The notes under the pieces are model-generated. The model did not search any database. It was not told the DNA's origin and saw only the letters and a list, made by a program, of their open reading frames with translations. A stretch of DNA of 64,000 nt from Tubulanus polymorphus (lineage: Eukaryota > Animalia > Nemertea): the NCBI RefSeq assembly GCF_964204645.1, contig NC_134035.1, positions 12,804,451 to 12,868,450 of the forward strand. The letters are read 5' to 3'. Positions 27,001 through 37,171 of the stretch are shown piece by piece. The position numbers were made by a program, and so were the translations under genes. Positions within the stretch are counted from its first letter, which is position 1, and each line of letters begins with the position of its first letter.

Positions 27001-30000
27001 CGAACAGCTTTACATTCGAAATCTGATGAATACCGAATCCATTTGATGAAAGAACGAATCAAATTCGCCGTAAAATATCTGAAATCAACGTCGCATGGCA
27101 GCGATTCGAACCAAAACTCGGCCATGTTCCTGCCTCGGTGAGAATTCAAACCTGATGGCTTCGTGAGACTCTGCCACGTTCCTGCCTCATAGGGATTCAA
27201 ACCTGATAGCTTCGTGAGACTCTGCCACGTTCCTGCCTCATAGGGATTCAAACCTGATGGCTTCGTGAGACTCTGCCACGTTCCTGCCTCATAGGGATTC
27301 AAACCTGATGGCTTCGTGAGACTCTGCCACGTTCCTGCCTCATAGGGATTCAAACCTGATGGCTTCGTGAGACTCTGCCACGTTCCTGCCTCATAGGGAT
27401 TCAAACCTGATAGCTTCGTGAGACTCTGCCACATAACTACCTCGGTATAAGGCAGAATTGATTGAAACATTTATTGAAATTTTATTTATTGAATTTAAGA
27501 AATTAAGAAAATAAACAAAACTAGATGACATCTAAAAATAGGTTACTATTACGAGCGTACTATGAGTTCAATAAATCACATATCATCAACGATAACACCA
27601 TATACACTCGCGAGGGTGTCTCCCCCTCACGAGGGTGTGTCTCCCCCTCGCGAGGGTGTGTCTCCCCCTGCAGATCTATCATTCACTATCATCGATCACT
27701 CAACCAGAAATAAATCAAAGGTATACGTCAGAAAAAATCATTGATTCCATCGGTATAAATGCAACCATACAATAAATCGAATAGAAAAGTGTTATAAACA
27801 TAAAACTTCGGAGGCCAAAGAGAGGTAGCCAGAATAGAGAGGTAAGCGCTCAGGGAGGTTAAAACTCCAATCAAGGGATTGAGAGGAAAGCCCGTATAGA
27901 GTAAACCCTCAGGGAGGTAATGCCATAGGTAAGCCCTCATAGGTAATTAGAGGTTAGCTCACAACGGAGGTATAAAGCCCTCAGGGAGGTAAGTAAGCTC
28001 TCTCCGAGAGCAGTCGGTAAGCTGGTATTAAATTGATAGATTCAGTTGATCAGTAACAGCAGTGCAGTCAGATTGAAAAGAGATTATACCCTATAGTTTG
28101 AGTACACCGCACCAGACTGACTGTAACCATCTCGCATACCGGTGTATATACGGTATACCCTATAGTTTGAGTACACCGCACCAGACTGACTGTAACCATC
28201 TCGCATACCGGTGTATATACGGTATAACCTATAGTTTGAGTACACCGCACCAGACTGACTGTAACCATCTCGCATACCGGTGTATATACGGTATACCCTA
28301 TAGTTTTGAGTACATCGCACCAGACTGACTGTAACCATCTCGCATACCGGTGTATATGCGGTATAACCTATAGTTCGAATACACCGCACCAGACTGACTG
28401 TAACCATCTCGCATACCGGTGTATATACGGTATAACCTATAGTTTGAATACACCGCACCAGACTGACTGTAACCATCTCGCATACCGGTGTATATACGGT
28501 ATAACCTATAGTTTTGAGTACATCGCACCAGACTGACTGTAACCATCTTGCATACCGGTGTATATACGGTATACCCTATAGTTTGAGTACACCGCACCAG
28601 ACTGACTGTAACCATCTCGCATACCGGTGTATATACGGTATAACCTATAGTTCGAATACACCGCACCAGACTGACTGTAACCATCTCGCATACCGGTGTA
28701 TATACGGTATAACCTATAGTTTGAGTACACCGCACCAGACTGACTGTAACCATCTCGCATACCGGTGTATATACGGTATACCCTATAGTTTTGAGTACAT
28801 CGCACCAGACTGACTGTAACCATCTCGCATACCGGTGTATATACGGTATACCCTATAGTTTGAGTACACCGCACCAGACTGACTGTAACCATCTCGCATA
28901 CCGGTGTATATACGGTATAACCTATAGTTCGAATACACCGCACCAGACTGACTGTAACCATCTCGCATACCGGTGTATATACGGTATACCCTATAGTTTG
29001 AGTACACCGCACCAGACTGACTGTAACCATCTCACATACCGGTGTATATACGGTATACCCTATAGTTTGAGTACACCGCACCAGACTGACTGTAACCATC
29101 TCGCATACCGGTGTATATACGGTATAACCTATAGTTTGAGTACACCGCACCAGACTGACTGTAACCATCTCACATACCGGTGTATATACGGTATAACCTA
29201 TAGTTTGAGTACACCGCACCAGACTGACTGTAACCATCTCGCATACCGGTGTATATACGGTATAGCCTATAGTTCGAATACACCGCACCAGACTGACTGT
29301 AACCATCTCGCATACCGGTGTATATACGGTATAACCTATAGTTCCAGTACACCGCACCAGACTGACTGTAACCATCTCGCATACCAGTGTATATACGGTA
29401 TAACCTATAGTTTGAGTACACCGCACCAGACTGACTGTAACCATCTCGCATACCGGTGTATATACGGTATAGCCTATAGTTTGAGTACATCGCACCAGAC
29501 TAACTGATTGTATCCATCTCGCATACACAATCGGAAAATCAATCACTTATAATACATCGATACATATAGATTAATATAGACTGATCACCTGAAGGAATCA
29601 CAGCAAAAAATACCTGAAAATATCATTTTCCTCTAGAAAGCCGTCTGAATTAGATTCCATTATCAATAATATGGTTTGAGGAGTTTCTCACTGTAACTAA
29701 GAACCGGGGCCCTTCCCTCATTTATTCTGATGTACTAATGGATGATTTTTTAGCCGAGAAATTGATGCTTGTTTTGGAAAAAAGGCTCGTCTCGTCCTTC
29801 GAACAACCTCTGCAAGTTTTTATGAAAATCAGAACTATATGGACTGAAATAGCAAGAAATTTGAGACCCATCATTCGATTAGACTGTTTCCAACCGGTCC
29901 TAAGAGAATTAGGAGTGGTTCATTTCGAACCCAGTCTTCAGATTGAAAGAAAACCTTCGAATCCAACGCAACAAATCTTCAGCTCAACGATGAACAGTGA

Positions 30001-33000
30001 ATAAGAAAGCAGCTTCGATAACAATCAGTTTAATTATGATATTATCTACATCCACCTACGCGTGTAAAATATGATGTTTAATCCAGAATTCTGATCGTGG
30101 GTTAGTCATGTCTTAGATTTAAGACCAGTTCAAGACCATTTTGGTTCTATAACGACCGATCTAAAAATTTACTACCATTCTTAAGATTTGAGACCAGTTC
30201 CGGACTTACGTAGGCCTACATCATTGGTCCCAAATGATCCGAATTAAGCAGGTTTTAATGCGAAATATTTTAGACTCCGGTTTGTAAATGTGGAAAAATT
30301 GAAAGTCCTAATCAAAATCAAAAGAACTAACATAGGCCCTAAATGAGACGAAAATGAGACGAGGACTCGCGAAGCTCATGTAGGGAGATAGATAGTAAAA
30401 CAAACCTACCTCCATGGTACGGTAAACATTCCTAACAGTATATCCAACAGTATATAACACATTAAACAACAGACCACTGTTAAATATAGTTCATTAATTA
30501 ATCTATCATCATCATCGAAGATAACGCAACTCGAGACACGAGCGGAAACTTAATGAACGTTTTATCGACAGTTTCACAACGATAATTATTATCTGTTCCG
30601 CGACAATCAGACTCTGAATGGATCAATGCTCGCTCTCTCTATCATCAATTCAATTCAATATCATTTAATTCGTGACGATGCCTTCCCCGACTGTAGGTAC
30701 GGCGGAGCCTCGTTATAACCAAACTTCAGGAAACCGAAAAATCTGTTCGTTATAACCGATAGTTCTATAAACAGCGGAACCTCGTAACAACAAACTTCAG
30801 ACACCAGAAAATCTGTTTGTTATAACCAGTACAGAAGAACGACGTAACAACGAACTCCTGGAGACCAGAAAACCTGCTTGTTAGTTTTTTATATCCAGTA
30901 TAAAATCGTGAAAATTGTCGTGTTGATGATGAAACTTTGTAAAGAGAACTGATAGTAACTGATTGTATCCAGCGACAACTGATTAAAATTCTCCTCCGAT
31001 TCGGGACTAGATTCAAAGTTCTGTGCGATAAATCACGTCATATCCTGGTCAGGGTTATAGAACAATCTAAACAACTAATGCAATATCAGTTCTAAAAGAG
31101 CATCTCCTTTATCATCGGGAAAATCCTCATTGATTAATCCTGTTCGGACAGGTGTTCAATCTACGCACTTATACGCGGTACTGTGGTTTCCCGTCAATGC
31201 TAGTTTTTCCTACCCCGGTGGCCGGTGGAACTCGTATCGAGGGGTGACAGATGTTTAGCGTTTTATATATACGTACGCGACAGAGACGTAAGAGATGATT
31301 ATTATACCAACAGAAATCAATATCTGTGCATTATGATTTTTAACGCATAAATTCAATCAGAATGCGATACGAATCTGGCAACGATTCGCACAAAAATCTA
31401 CACGGTCAGTTCTCGCAGCAACCCAATGACGACCTACCAAAACCTGGAAGGTTTTACGAGATTTTCACACAAGACCCCAAAAAATTTGCGCGCCCTTTTT
31501 CAAATAAAATTCAAAGCACTGAAAAAGGGTATGACAGGTGTTTACTTATGGGTGCAGCTATCAATTTAAAGTCTTCTGGACCCAGTTACACAGTCGTGTC
31601 TTAGATTTAAGACCAGTCTTAGACCAGCTTAGTTCTAGGCCTATAGTCAATCTAACAACTAAAGACCAGTATCAAGATTTATACCACTTTTGGACTTCAG
31701 TCGCGACTGTGCAACTGGGTACCGAGTTCGGTGATGAAATGTCTTCCGTCTATATTCAATTACAAACATCTCCAGGTAAAGTTCTAGACTAGACGATTAC
31801 AAATTTTAAGATGGCAATGAAGTAGGCCGGTCAAATGTCTGAGGGGGGGCAAGGTTCAGGCATTATATCTGCGTGGTTTATATTCAGGTTGATTTTTGTG
31901 TCGAGGTATTAGATTTTAACCACATATTTTAAGCTCATTACTTTAACTCTGCATCGAGTGTCATTTACATCTGTCGATGAATTATCAGCTTTTCTCATTG
32001 TTACGTTTCTAAGAACTGCAAACCGCAGTTAATACCGAATCGACCATAATTAGTAGAGCGAATATATACTTGTACAGAATAAAACCGATAAGTTGATTTT
32101 TTCGGCTATGTATAATCTGTGTAGAACATCATTTGGGGAGGAGGCCGGGGAGCGTGGGGAGCAGAGGGGTGGAGAGGGGGTTTATTAATGAACCGTAATG
32201 ATCTGTAAGGATTTTCAAGCAAAGTCAATCTATCATTAATAATCTAGCATCAGCAGCAACAGCACCAACAGCAGCAGCAGCAACAGCACCAGCAGCAGCA
32301 GATACAGAAACATGTCTCACTCTCTCCTCAAATCTACTGGACTACAGTAAAACATGTTTGAGACTTGAATCCTTCAAAATATATCCCCCTTCATGAGATA
32401 CAACGCAAGAAGGTCACCGTATAGTCTGAAACCTTGTATCTTTTGACCGCGATAAAGAAAATCGTTAAAACTTGCATAAAATGGGATTTATGGAGTGTAT
32501 CAGTGATTCCACTAACATTACATATTAAAAGAGTTTGATAATTGAAACTCTTAAATTGGAAGCCACTTGACACGTATTCAACACAAAGTGGCAATGCTTA
32601 CAAAGTTAATTTTCATTGAAATATCGGAGTAGCTGCCACTCTATAATTCAGTACGCCAGGGATAGGGGGCTATGCGTGAATAAATGAGACAGAACTGACT
32701 TGTGATCTACCAATCATCATTGTTCTGACAAACAAACGGTTTCTACATGACTGACCACTGGTTGTCTAGGACAATGAGTGGCCGGGCAGGCAGGGCCAGC
32801 TGGCAGGCTCACTACTATCCGGTTATCTATTGGCTATCTGACTGACGAGCCTGGTGGTCGTAGCTATGGAATGGTTGAGGCGATGACTTAAACTTAACTT
32901 GTTTACTGATTAAAGATCTTCACAGGAGGGACATTTCTAATCGAGAATGAACGACAAATCGTAGATTGCACTCATATCGAATTCAGCAATAATCACCGAC

Positions 33001-34615
33001 CAGTTGCTATCGTGTTAGACATTCTATCAGCACACTTTCTAAAACTGATCAGCCAGACTTCACGTTATGGAGACGGTTCCACGCTACAGATTGTCTGAAG
33101 GGGTCGGGTTGTAAGCGGCACTAGGATTGAGAATTGGAAGAGCGATGTCTGTTGTCAGAGTATCTCTGGTAGGATGGAATGAACTGTAGACTAATTATAG
33201 GCCTGATGACACTAATCAGTAGAGATCAAGTATACACAAACAGTAATCAGCAAACTGAAGATTAAATCACGTTTCTCTGTCCATCTCTCGGCTATCACCA
33301 GCCGCAACATCGCTTACCAGGGACAGAATCAGTTAAGCCTTCTAGGTACCAGCGGATAAGAGATACGCCGGAACCTCACTTACCAGGGACGGAATCAACC
33401 AGAATCGGAGACTGTTCCTTACAAAACGTACAACCTCACTTACCAGGGACGGAATCAGAGACTGTTCCGTACAAGAGATGGAACCTCACTTCCCAGGGAC
33501 AGATTGAACTTTTATATTACTCATATATAGGCCTAAGTACATGTAGGCTGCATGACGAGACCTATTTTTATGATATTTTTTCTACTAGCAACAGAATGAC
33601 AATGATTAAAAGTGTGGGTGAAATAACCATGAATTGAAACAGCCTATATTTTGATTGGTTTTCAATTTAAAATTCAAAATGGAACCAGTGTCATTAAAGA
33701 ACAAGTTTTCTTTATCCAGTCAACCAGAAACTGCTTATTTAGGGCGGCCTCTACTATACTAATGTCTATTTATTAATTGATGAGACCTGTTTTTCTTGGA
33801 TATTTTGCTTACTTTTTGGGGTACATACCTCATTTATGTCTTAACAGAATGCCAAAAATCGCGGACAACAACTGAATATCCGATATATTTCCAGTTCTGT
33901 ACCAATTAGATGGATTGGCAAAAATACTCCTTAAGTCCAGTTGAATGAGAGAGAAAATCCTCCATTTTGTCAAATTTCTTGAATTTTTACATTGTCACCA
34001 TGCCTACGAAATGAAGTTATTTTTCTTGTGGGGTCTCAACAACTAAATCAGGGTGGCGTAGGCATGGTAACAATGTTCAAATCCAAGAAATTTCACAAAA
34101 TGGAGGATTTTCTCTCTCATTCAACTGGACTTAAGGAGTCTTTTTGCCAATCCATCTAATTGGTACAGAACTGGAAATATATCGGATATTCAGTTGTTGT
34201 CCGCGATTTTTGGCATTCTGTTAAGACATAAATGAGGTATGTACCCCAAAAAGTAAGCAAAATATCCAAGAAAAACAGGTCTCATCAATTAATAAATAGA
34301 CATTAGGACGCTGTCATTGAACAAATTGAATTGAAATGAACTGGTTAATAATAATCAAATTCCGCACATTTCTTCTTCACAGGTGTCTAAATATACATAG
34401 GCTATGTATGTATGAATTCAACAGAGATTAACATGAAACAGAATCGATAAAAACGTGATAATCAACAGGTAGAAATAATAGATGCCCGGGAACGTATCCT
34501 TTCTTCCCTCCTGGCTGGCTGCTGATGGAGAGACTGGCTGAGAGATCACAGCTTGTGAAACTAAGTTGGATTAGAATGTATTTTTATTGTCGTCTTACCC
34601 CATGAACCAGTCCAT
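7525..34615 (-). CDS. MOB2: MOB kinase activator 2 (NDR/Hippo-pathway co-activator), 5 coding exons, 283 aa
   Basis: Exons 34615-34599 (MDWFM-G), 13471-13302 (KGRKK...[14 protein letters not shown]), 12298-12202 ([20 protein letters not shown]...), 10352-10228 ([24 protein letters not shown]...DESVFPTKF), 7967-7525 (GNEFP...HIYYAHF...GHLN...IMDDL plus Ser/Thr-rich tail). All GT-AG with matching phases, 852 nt in total. Motifs match vertebrate MOB2 (MDWLMG, NEWLA, APQYVD, FPTKYG) from memory. Confidence 0.95.
8365..8436 (+). mobile_element. Degenerate tRNA-like SINE head or tRNA pseudogene
   Basis: T-arm/B-box ccgggttcgatccc and D-loop-like tatggtt; acceptor and anticodon stems do not pair well. 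Confidence 0.45.
8841..8970. repeat. GA-rich polypurine simple repeat (similar tracts at 10995-11075 and 24283-24700)
   Basis: Directly visible. Confidence 0.9.
10528..10656. mobile_element. Short palindromic MITE (ggggccagttgctcaaaag TIR); second copy at about 53614-53740
   Basis: About 20-bp near-perfect TIRs. Confidence 0.75.
11508..12190. repeat. G-rich degenerate minisatellite (~13-17 bp, tttgaggggtaga)
   Basis: Dozens of gaggggta(g/t)attt units, ending just before a MOB2 splice donor. Confidence 0.9.
12486..13198 (+). mobile_element. TIR-type element carrying an internal 56-bp tandem array (~10 units), copy 1
   Basis: Unit aatcagtaatcaacagtaagaccctcagtaacatctttcatatttctgttcaaatt. Shares the leader ggctgccaatctct and trailer tgtatgcatcaaataaatcaaatcagt with copy 2. 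Confidence 0.8.
14505..14575 (+). repeat. 14-bp G-rich tandem repeat (ggggtggggcatca) x5, G-quadruplex-prone
   Basis: Directly visible. Confidence 0.85.
14786..15648 (+). mobile_element. Same element with 56-bp tandem array (~13 units), copy 2
   Basis: ggctgccaa...ttaggcagct termini; same unit and flanks as copy 1. Confidence 0.8.
15766..15803 (-). CDS. MOB2: Weak candidate alternative first coding exon of MOB2 ([13 protein letters not shown])
   Basis: 38-nt open stretch ending AT|GTAAGT in phase 2. The ATG lies in a small palindrome (catggacatataatctgtccatg), so this may be coincidental. Confidence 0.3.
20025..20365. repeat. 20/40-bp minisatellite (gaactgtggagctgagtactgaagagtggagctggatcct)
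   Basis: About five near-perfect 40-mers preceded by degenerate 20-mers; resembles the MITE-A terminus. Confidence 0.9.
20752..20815. repeat. 12-bp tandem repeat (gcctggaaccac) x5
   Basis: Directly visible. Confidence 0.9.
21090..21308. repeat. 20-bp tandem repeat (tccgctgagtaccccctgag) x~11
   Basis: Directly visible; explains three overlapping spurious ORFs. Confidence 0.95.
21692..21853. repeat. Degenerate 21/63-bp tandem repeat (gaataccacgtcccag core)
   Basis: Repeated EYHVP peptide in the ORF track. Confidence 0.8.
22303..22379 (-). CDS. MOB2: Candidate alternative first coding exon of MOB2 ([26 protein letters not shown])
   Basis: ATG in CACAAATGG context, 77-nt open exon ending TG|GTGAGT in phase 2; CpG-richer region with two CCAAT boxes about 300 bp upstream. 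Confidence 0.65.
22655..22725. promoter_or_regulatory. Internal promoter-like cluster (two CCAAT boxes, TATAAATA) upstream of the MOB2 alternative exon at 22379
   Basis: gaccaatagc, aaccaatcgt and ctataaataagg within 70 bp. Confidence 0.4.
23909..24001. repeat. (TA)n microsatellite, about 46 units
   Basis: Directly visible. Confidence 0.98.
24947..25071. mobile_element. Short palindromic MITE, family B (ttaagacc/ggtcttaa core)
   Basis: Related copies at about 1852-1990, 13536-13795, 30098-30210, 31578-31720, 36109-36245 and 60305-60420. Confidence 0.7.
26060..26425. repeat. ~70-bp tandem repeat x5; related single copy at about 62180-62290
   Basis: Unit atatcctaaaatagtcatcttcaggaatactgtattccttgagctagtgtagtttattcaacgtttcca. 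Confidence 0.85.
27121..27431 (-). repeat. 51-bp tandem array x6 of tRNA-like A box/B box units
   Basis: Minus-strand unit aacgtggcagagtctcacgaagccatcaggtttgaatccctatgaggcagg, related to the arms of the 2756-2876 hairpin. Confidence 0.9.
28088..29525. repeat. 69-bp minisatellite, about 21 highly similar units
   Basis: Unit tatagtttgagtacaccgcaccagactgactgtaaccatctcgcataccggtgtatatacggtata(c/a)cc; source of the 346-aa and 238-aa repeat ORFs. Confidence 0.97.
30410..30462 (-). CDS. MOB2: Candidate alternative first coding exon of MOB2 ([18 protein letters not shown])
   Basis: ATG-initiated 53-nt open exon ending AG|GTAGGT in phase 2, which joins in frame to the shared exon at 13471. Confidence 0.6.
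33759..34306. repeat. Long foldback inverted repeat: 250-bp arms, 48-bp spacer
   Basis: 33759-34008 is the reverse complement of 34057-34306 with only about 6 mismatches by eye. Confidence 0.95.
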
Positions 34616-34730
34616 GGTGTCCCTCACGTAATCAGGCAGCTTCTCCAGATTGACGGTTCTTTATTTGAAGTTGAATTCGGGCGAAAAACACGAGAGATTT
34701 TCACCGTTTTCTTCCTGTTTTTTTCGCTGT

Positions 34731-34837
34731 CAGAAGATGGCGGAAGTGGCCTCGTTTCGCGCATGCGTTGTACCGTTTGTTGACAAAAATCAATCCCACA
34801 ATGCAACGGATGTAAATAAACAAAGAATTGCACGTGG
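34731..34837 (-). promoter_or_regulatory. Housekeeping-type promoter of the distal MOB2 first exon
   Basis: Overlapping YY1-like (AAGATGGCGG) and ETS-like (CGGAAGTG) motifs at 34734-34748, NRF1-like CGCGCATGCG at about 34758-34767, and E-box CACGTG at about 34831, 120-220 bp upstream of the ATG. Confidence 0.6.
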
Positions 34838-37138
34838 TTCCTGTATTTGACAGCTGTCAATAGGGCGGCTGTCAACTACTGCTTGGCTCACGCATTAAGC
34901 TTTTCTTTTATATGTGTAATTGTGCTTATTAAAAAAGAATGTGAATCTAATTTCGTTTTGTTTTATGTAGCTTACATTATGCTTCTGTGAAATAAACTGC
35001 AATTTCAAATGTTTTGTCGAATATGACATGCCATATTGTCCAAGGGTACCAGCTCTTAACCCTTTAAGGTCACTCAGTTAGTTCAGGAACAACCTCAGGA
35101 TTCAGTTCCACAGTTGTGAGTTAAGTTAAAGCATTGAAAATGAACTCATCTTAACTCTAACTTACAACTGTGGAACTGGGCCCCGTAGTCAGTGTTAGGT
35201 AAATCAGTGCCTAGTGACAAGTGGGCCCTCACATTGTGCAGGCCAAACATCAAAGTCTGTGGTCCAGTCATAAACCGTCCAGTATAGGGTTAGTCTCGGG
35301 AAACTAACATCCGAGATCCTAACGACATAAAGCAAGATAGGACTGGCTGGAAATCGGTATCCAGGACTGGCTAGACCAAATAATAGTGAACAACCAAAAT
35401 GAAATTCATTGTTTTCCGACTTCAACTTTTATTCAATCAATCGTACATTTATCACATTTGAGAAAGAAATTATAAAGTATAAGTAAACCACATGTATATA
35501 ACAGTTTACATAAATAATTCACAGTCTGAGGCCCTGATGTTGCTCGAAAATAACAGGTGATTAAATCATCAACCTCAGGCCAAGTTTAAAAAAATTATTC
35601 TTAGATAAAGCGCTTAACCAGCAGTTGACTGCAAAACCAATTTCTGAGCAACACTGGGGCCTTTTTAAATAATAGATAGAGTATACATTATAGGGAGCTT
35701 GTAGAATACATAAGTAAAATTATTTAGAAGCAAAATATATTTGATTTTTAAGCAAAGAATTAAAAGAAATGAAATACTTATTGCCTTTTATGAAATGTAT
35801 ACAGCACATGTGAGTAGTTTTTGATCGATTTTCTTAAAAGATCTTAAAAATCTTAAAACAAATGAACAACATCAAAATGAAAGAATGATACATTATCATT
35901 AACACACATATCTAGTGTTTGATCACTGGTACCCGGCTCCAAAATGGAAAATAAACTCTTTTCATTCAAATGAATGTGGATCCAGGATTTCACCAGTAGC
36001 TAAATAGTTGGTTAAAGCTAACATAACTGAAATAGTGACTATTGTAACTCACTGTATAGTTTTTATGTTATCTGATGGTTAGTAACTGATAAGACCAGAA
36101 ACGTCATTGGGGTGCAGTTGTGACTTGGTTCAAAATTGGTCTTGAATCTTGAAGACTAATCCGAAGTTGTTTGATTGGTTATGGAACCGAAATGATCTAG
36201 GACTGGTCTTACTTTACAAGCCATGTAACTATGCAACTGGCCCCTGAACTTTTTTTTCTACTGTTACACTAAAAACAGAAATATCTGAGATCATGAAATT
36301 AATACAATTATTATTGTTATTATTATGTATATCATCGAACAATGCCCTGTGACTAAAATATAACGTTATCACTTTCAAAAACACACTGACCAAAACCTGA
36401 CAGGAATGTTTCCGAGATACGACAATAATACTGTTGTATTTTAGACTTTATTGATACTAAAACTAATTGTGAAATGACAGTCGATTGATTGACTATTTTT
36501 TTTTTTATAAAACATTTTCCTGTTTTTCGTCTTACTATAAATCTACTTAATGTTTATAAGAACATGTAAACATGTTAATGTAAACATAAGAACATGAATT
36601 CATTAAAACCAGTCACATTGAACATCACTTCAACCAAACACCATATTTTGTTCCTTGCTTTATGATTTTTACAATGCCCTGAGTTGATAACGAACCCTCG
36701 ACCCGGTTCCCCAGTCCTAAGAGTTAAATTTGACTCTTTGAGTTAAAACTATGAAAATTAACATGTTTAAACTCAAAAGTTAACGTTAACTCACAACTGT
36801 GGAACCAGGTCCAGTTACAAAAAAAGTTGTAAACTCTGCCTTACTTGTCAACAGTCAACTGAGTAAAAACCGCTCTCAAGTCAGAGAATTTTACTGAAAG
36901 ATTGTTTTTGAAGAGGCTATTTTTACCCCAGTGGATCCAGTTCCGCAGTTCTAAGTTGATTGAGAGGAAACTGATCGAGAATGAGTTAACTCACGACTGT
37001 GGACAGAACTGGTTCCTGATTCTCTGATTCCGTGAAATAGTCCAACGTTACTGAATAAGACAAGAGTCCACCGTATTTGATAAATAAATATACAGAGGTA
37101 AAATGAATTCATGTTCTTACATACACATCTCATATACA

Positions 37139-37171
37139 CTAAAGATGACTAGTTTTACATTTAGAGTGAAG
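37139..37171 (-). other. IDH1: Putative stop-codon readthrough extension of IDH1 encoding LHSKCKTSHL* (cryptic PTS1)
   Basis: After TGA (37174-37172) the frame reads CTT CAC TCT AAA TGT AAA ACT AGT CAT CTT TAG. SHL fits the PTS1 consensus [SAC][KRH][LM]. Confidence 0.65.

Noticed and set aside
26871-27470. 199-aa ORF with 17-aa repeats
   Set aside because: Translation of the 51-bp tandem array; no recognisable domain or splice support.
28068-29546. Long ORFs (346, 238, 151 aa) and CRISPR-like regularity
   Set aside because: Pure 69-bp tandem repeat with no unique spacers and no cas genes, inside a eukaryotic intron; ORFs arise on both strands because the unit is a multiple of 3.
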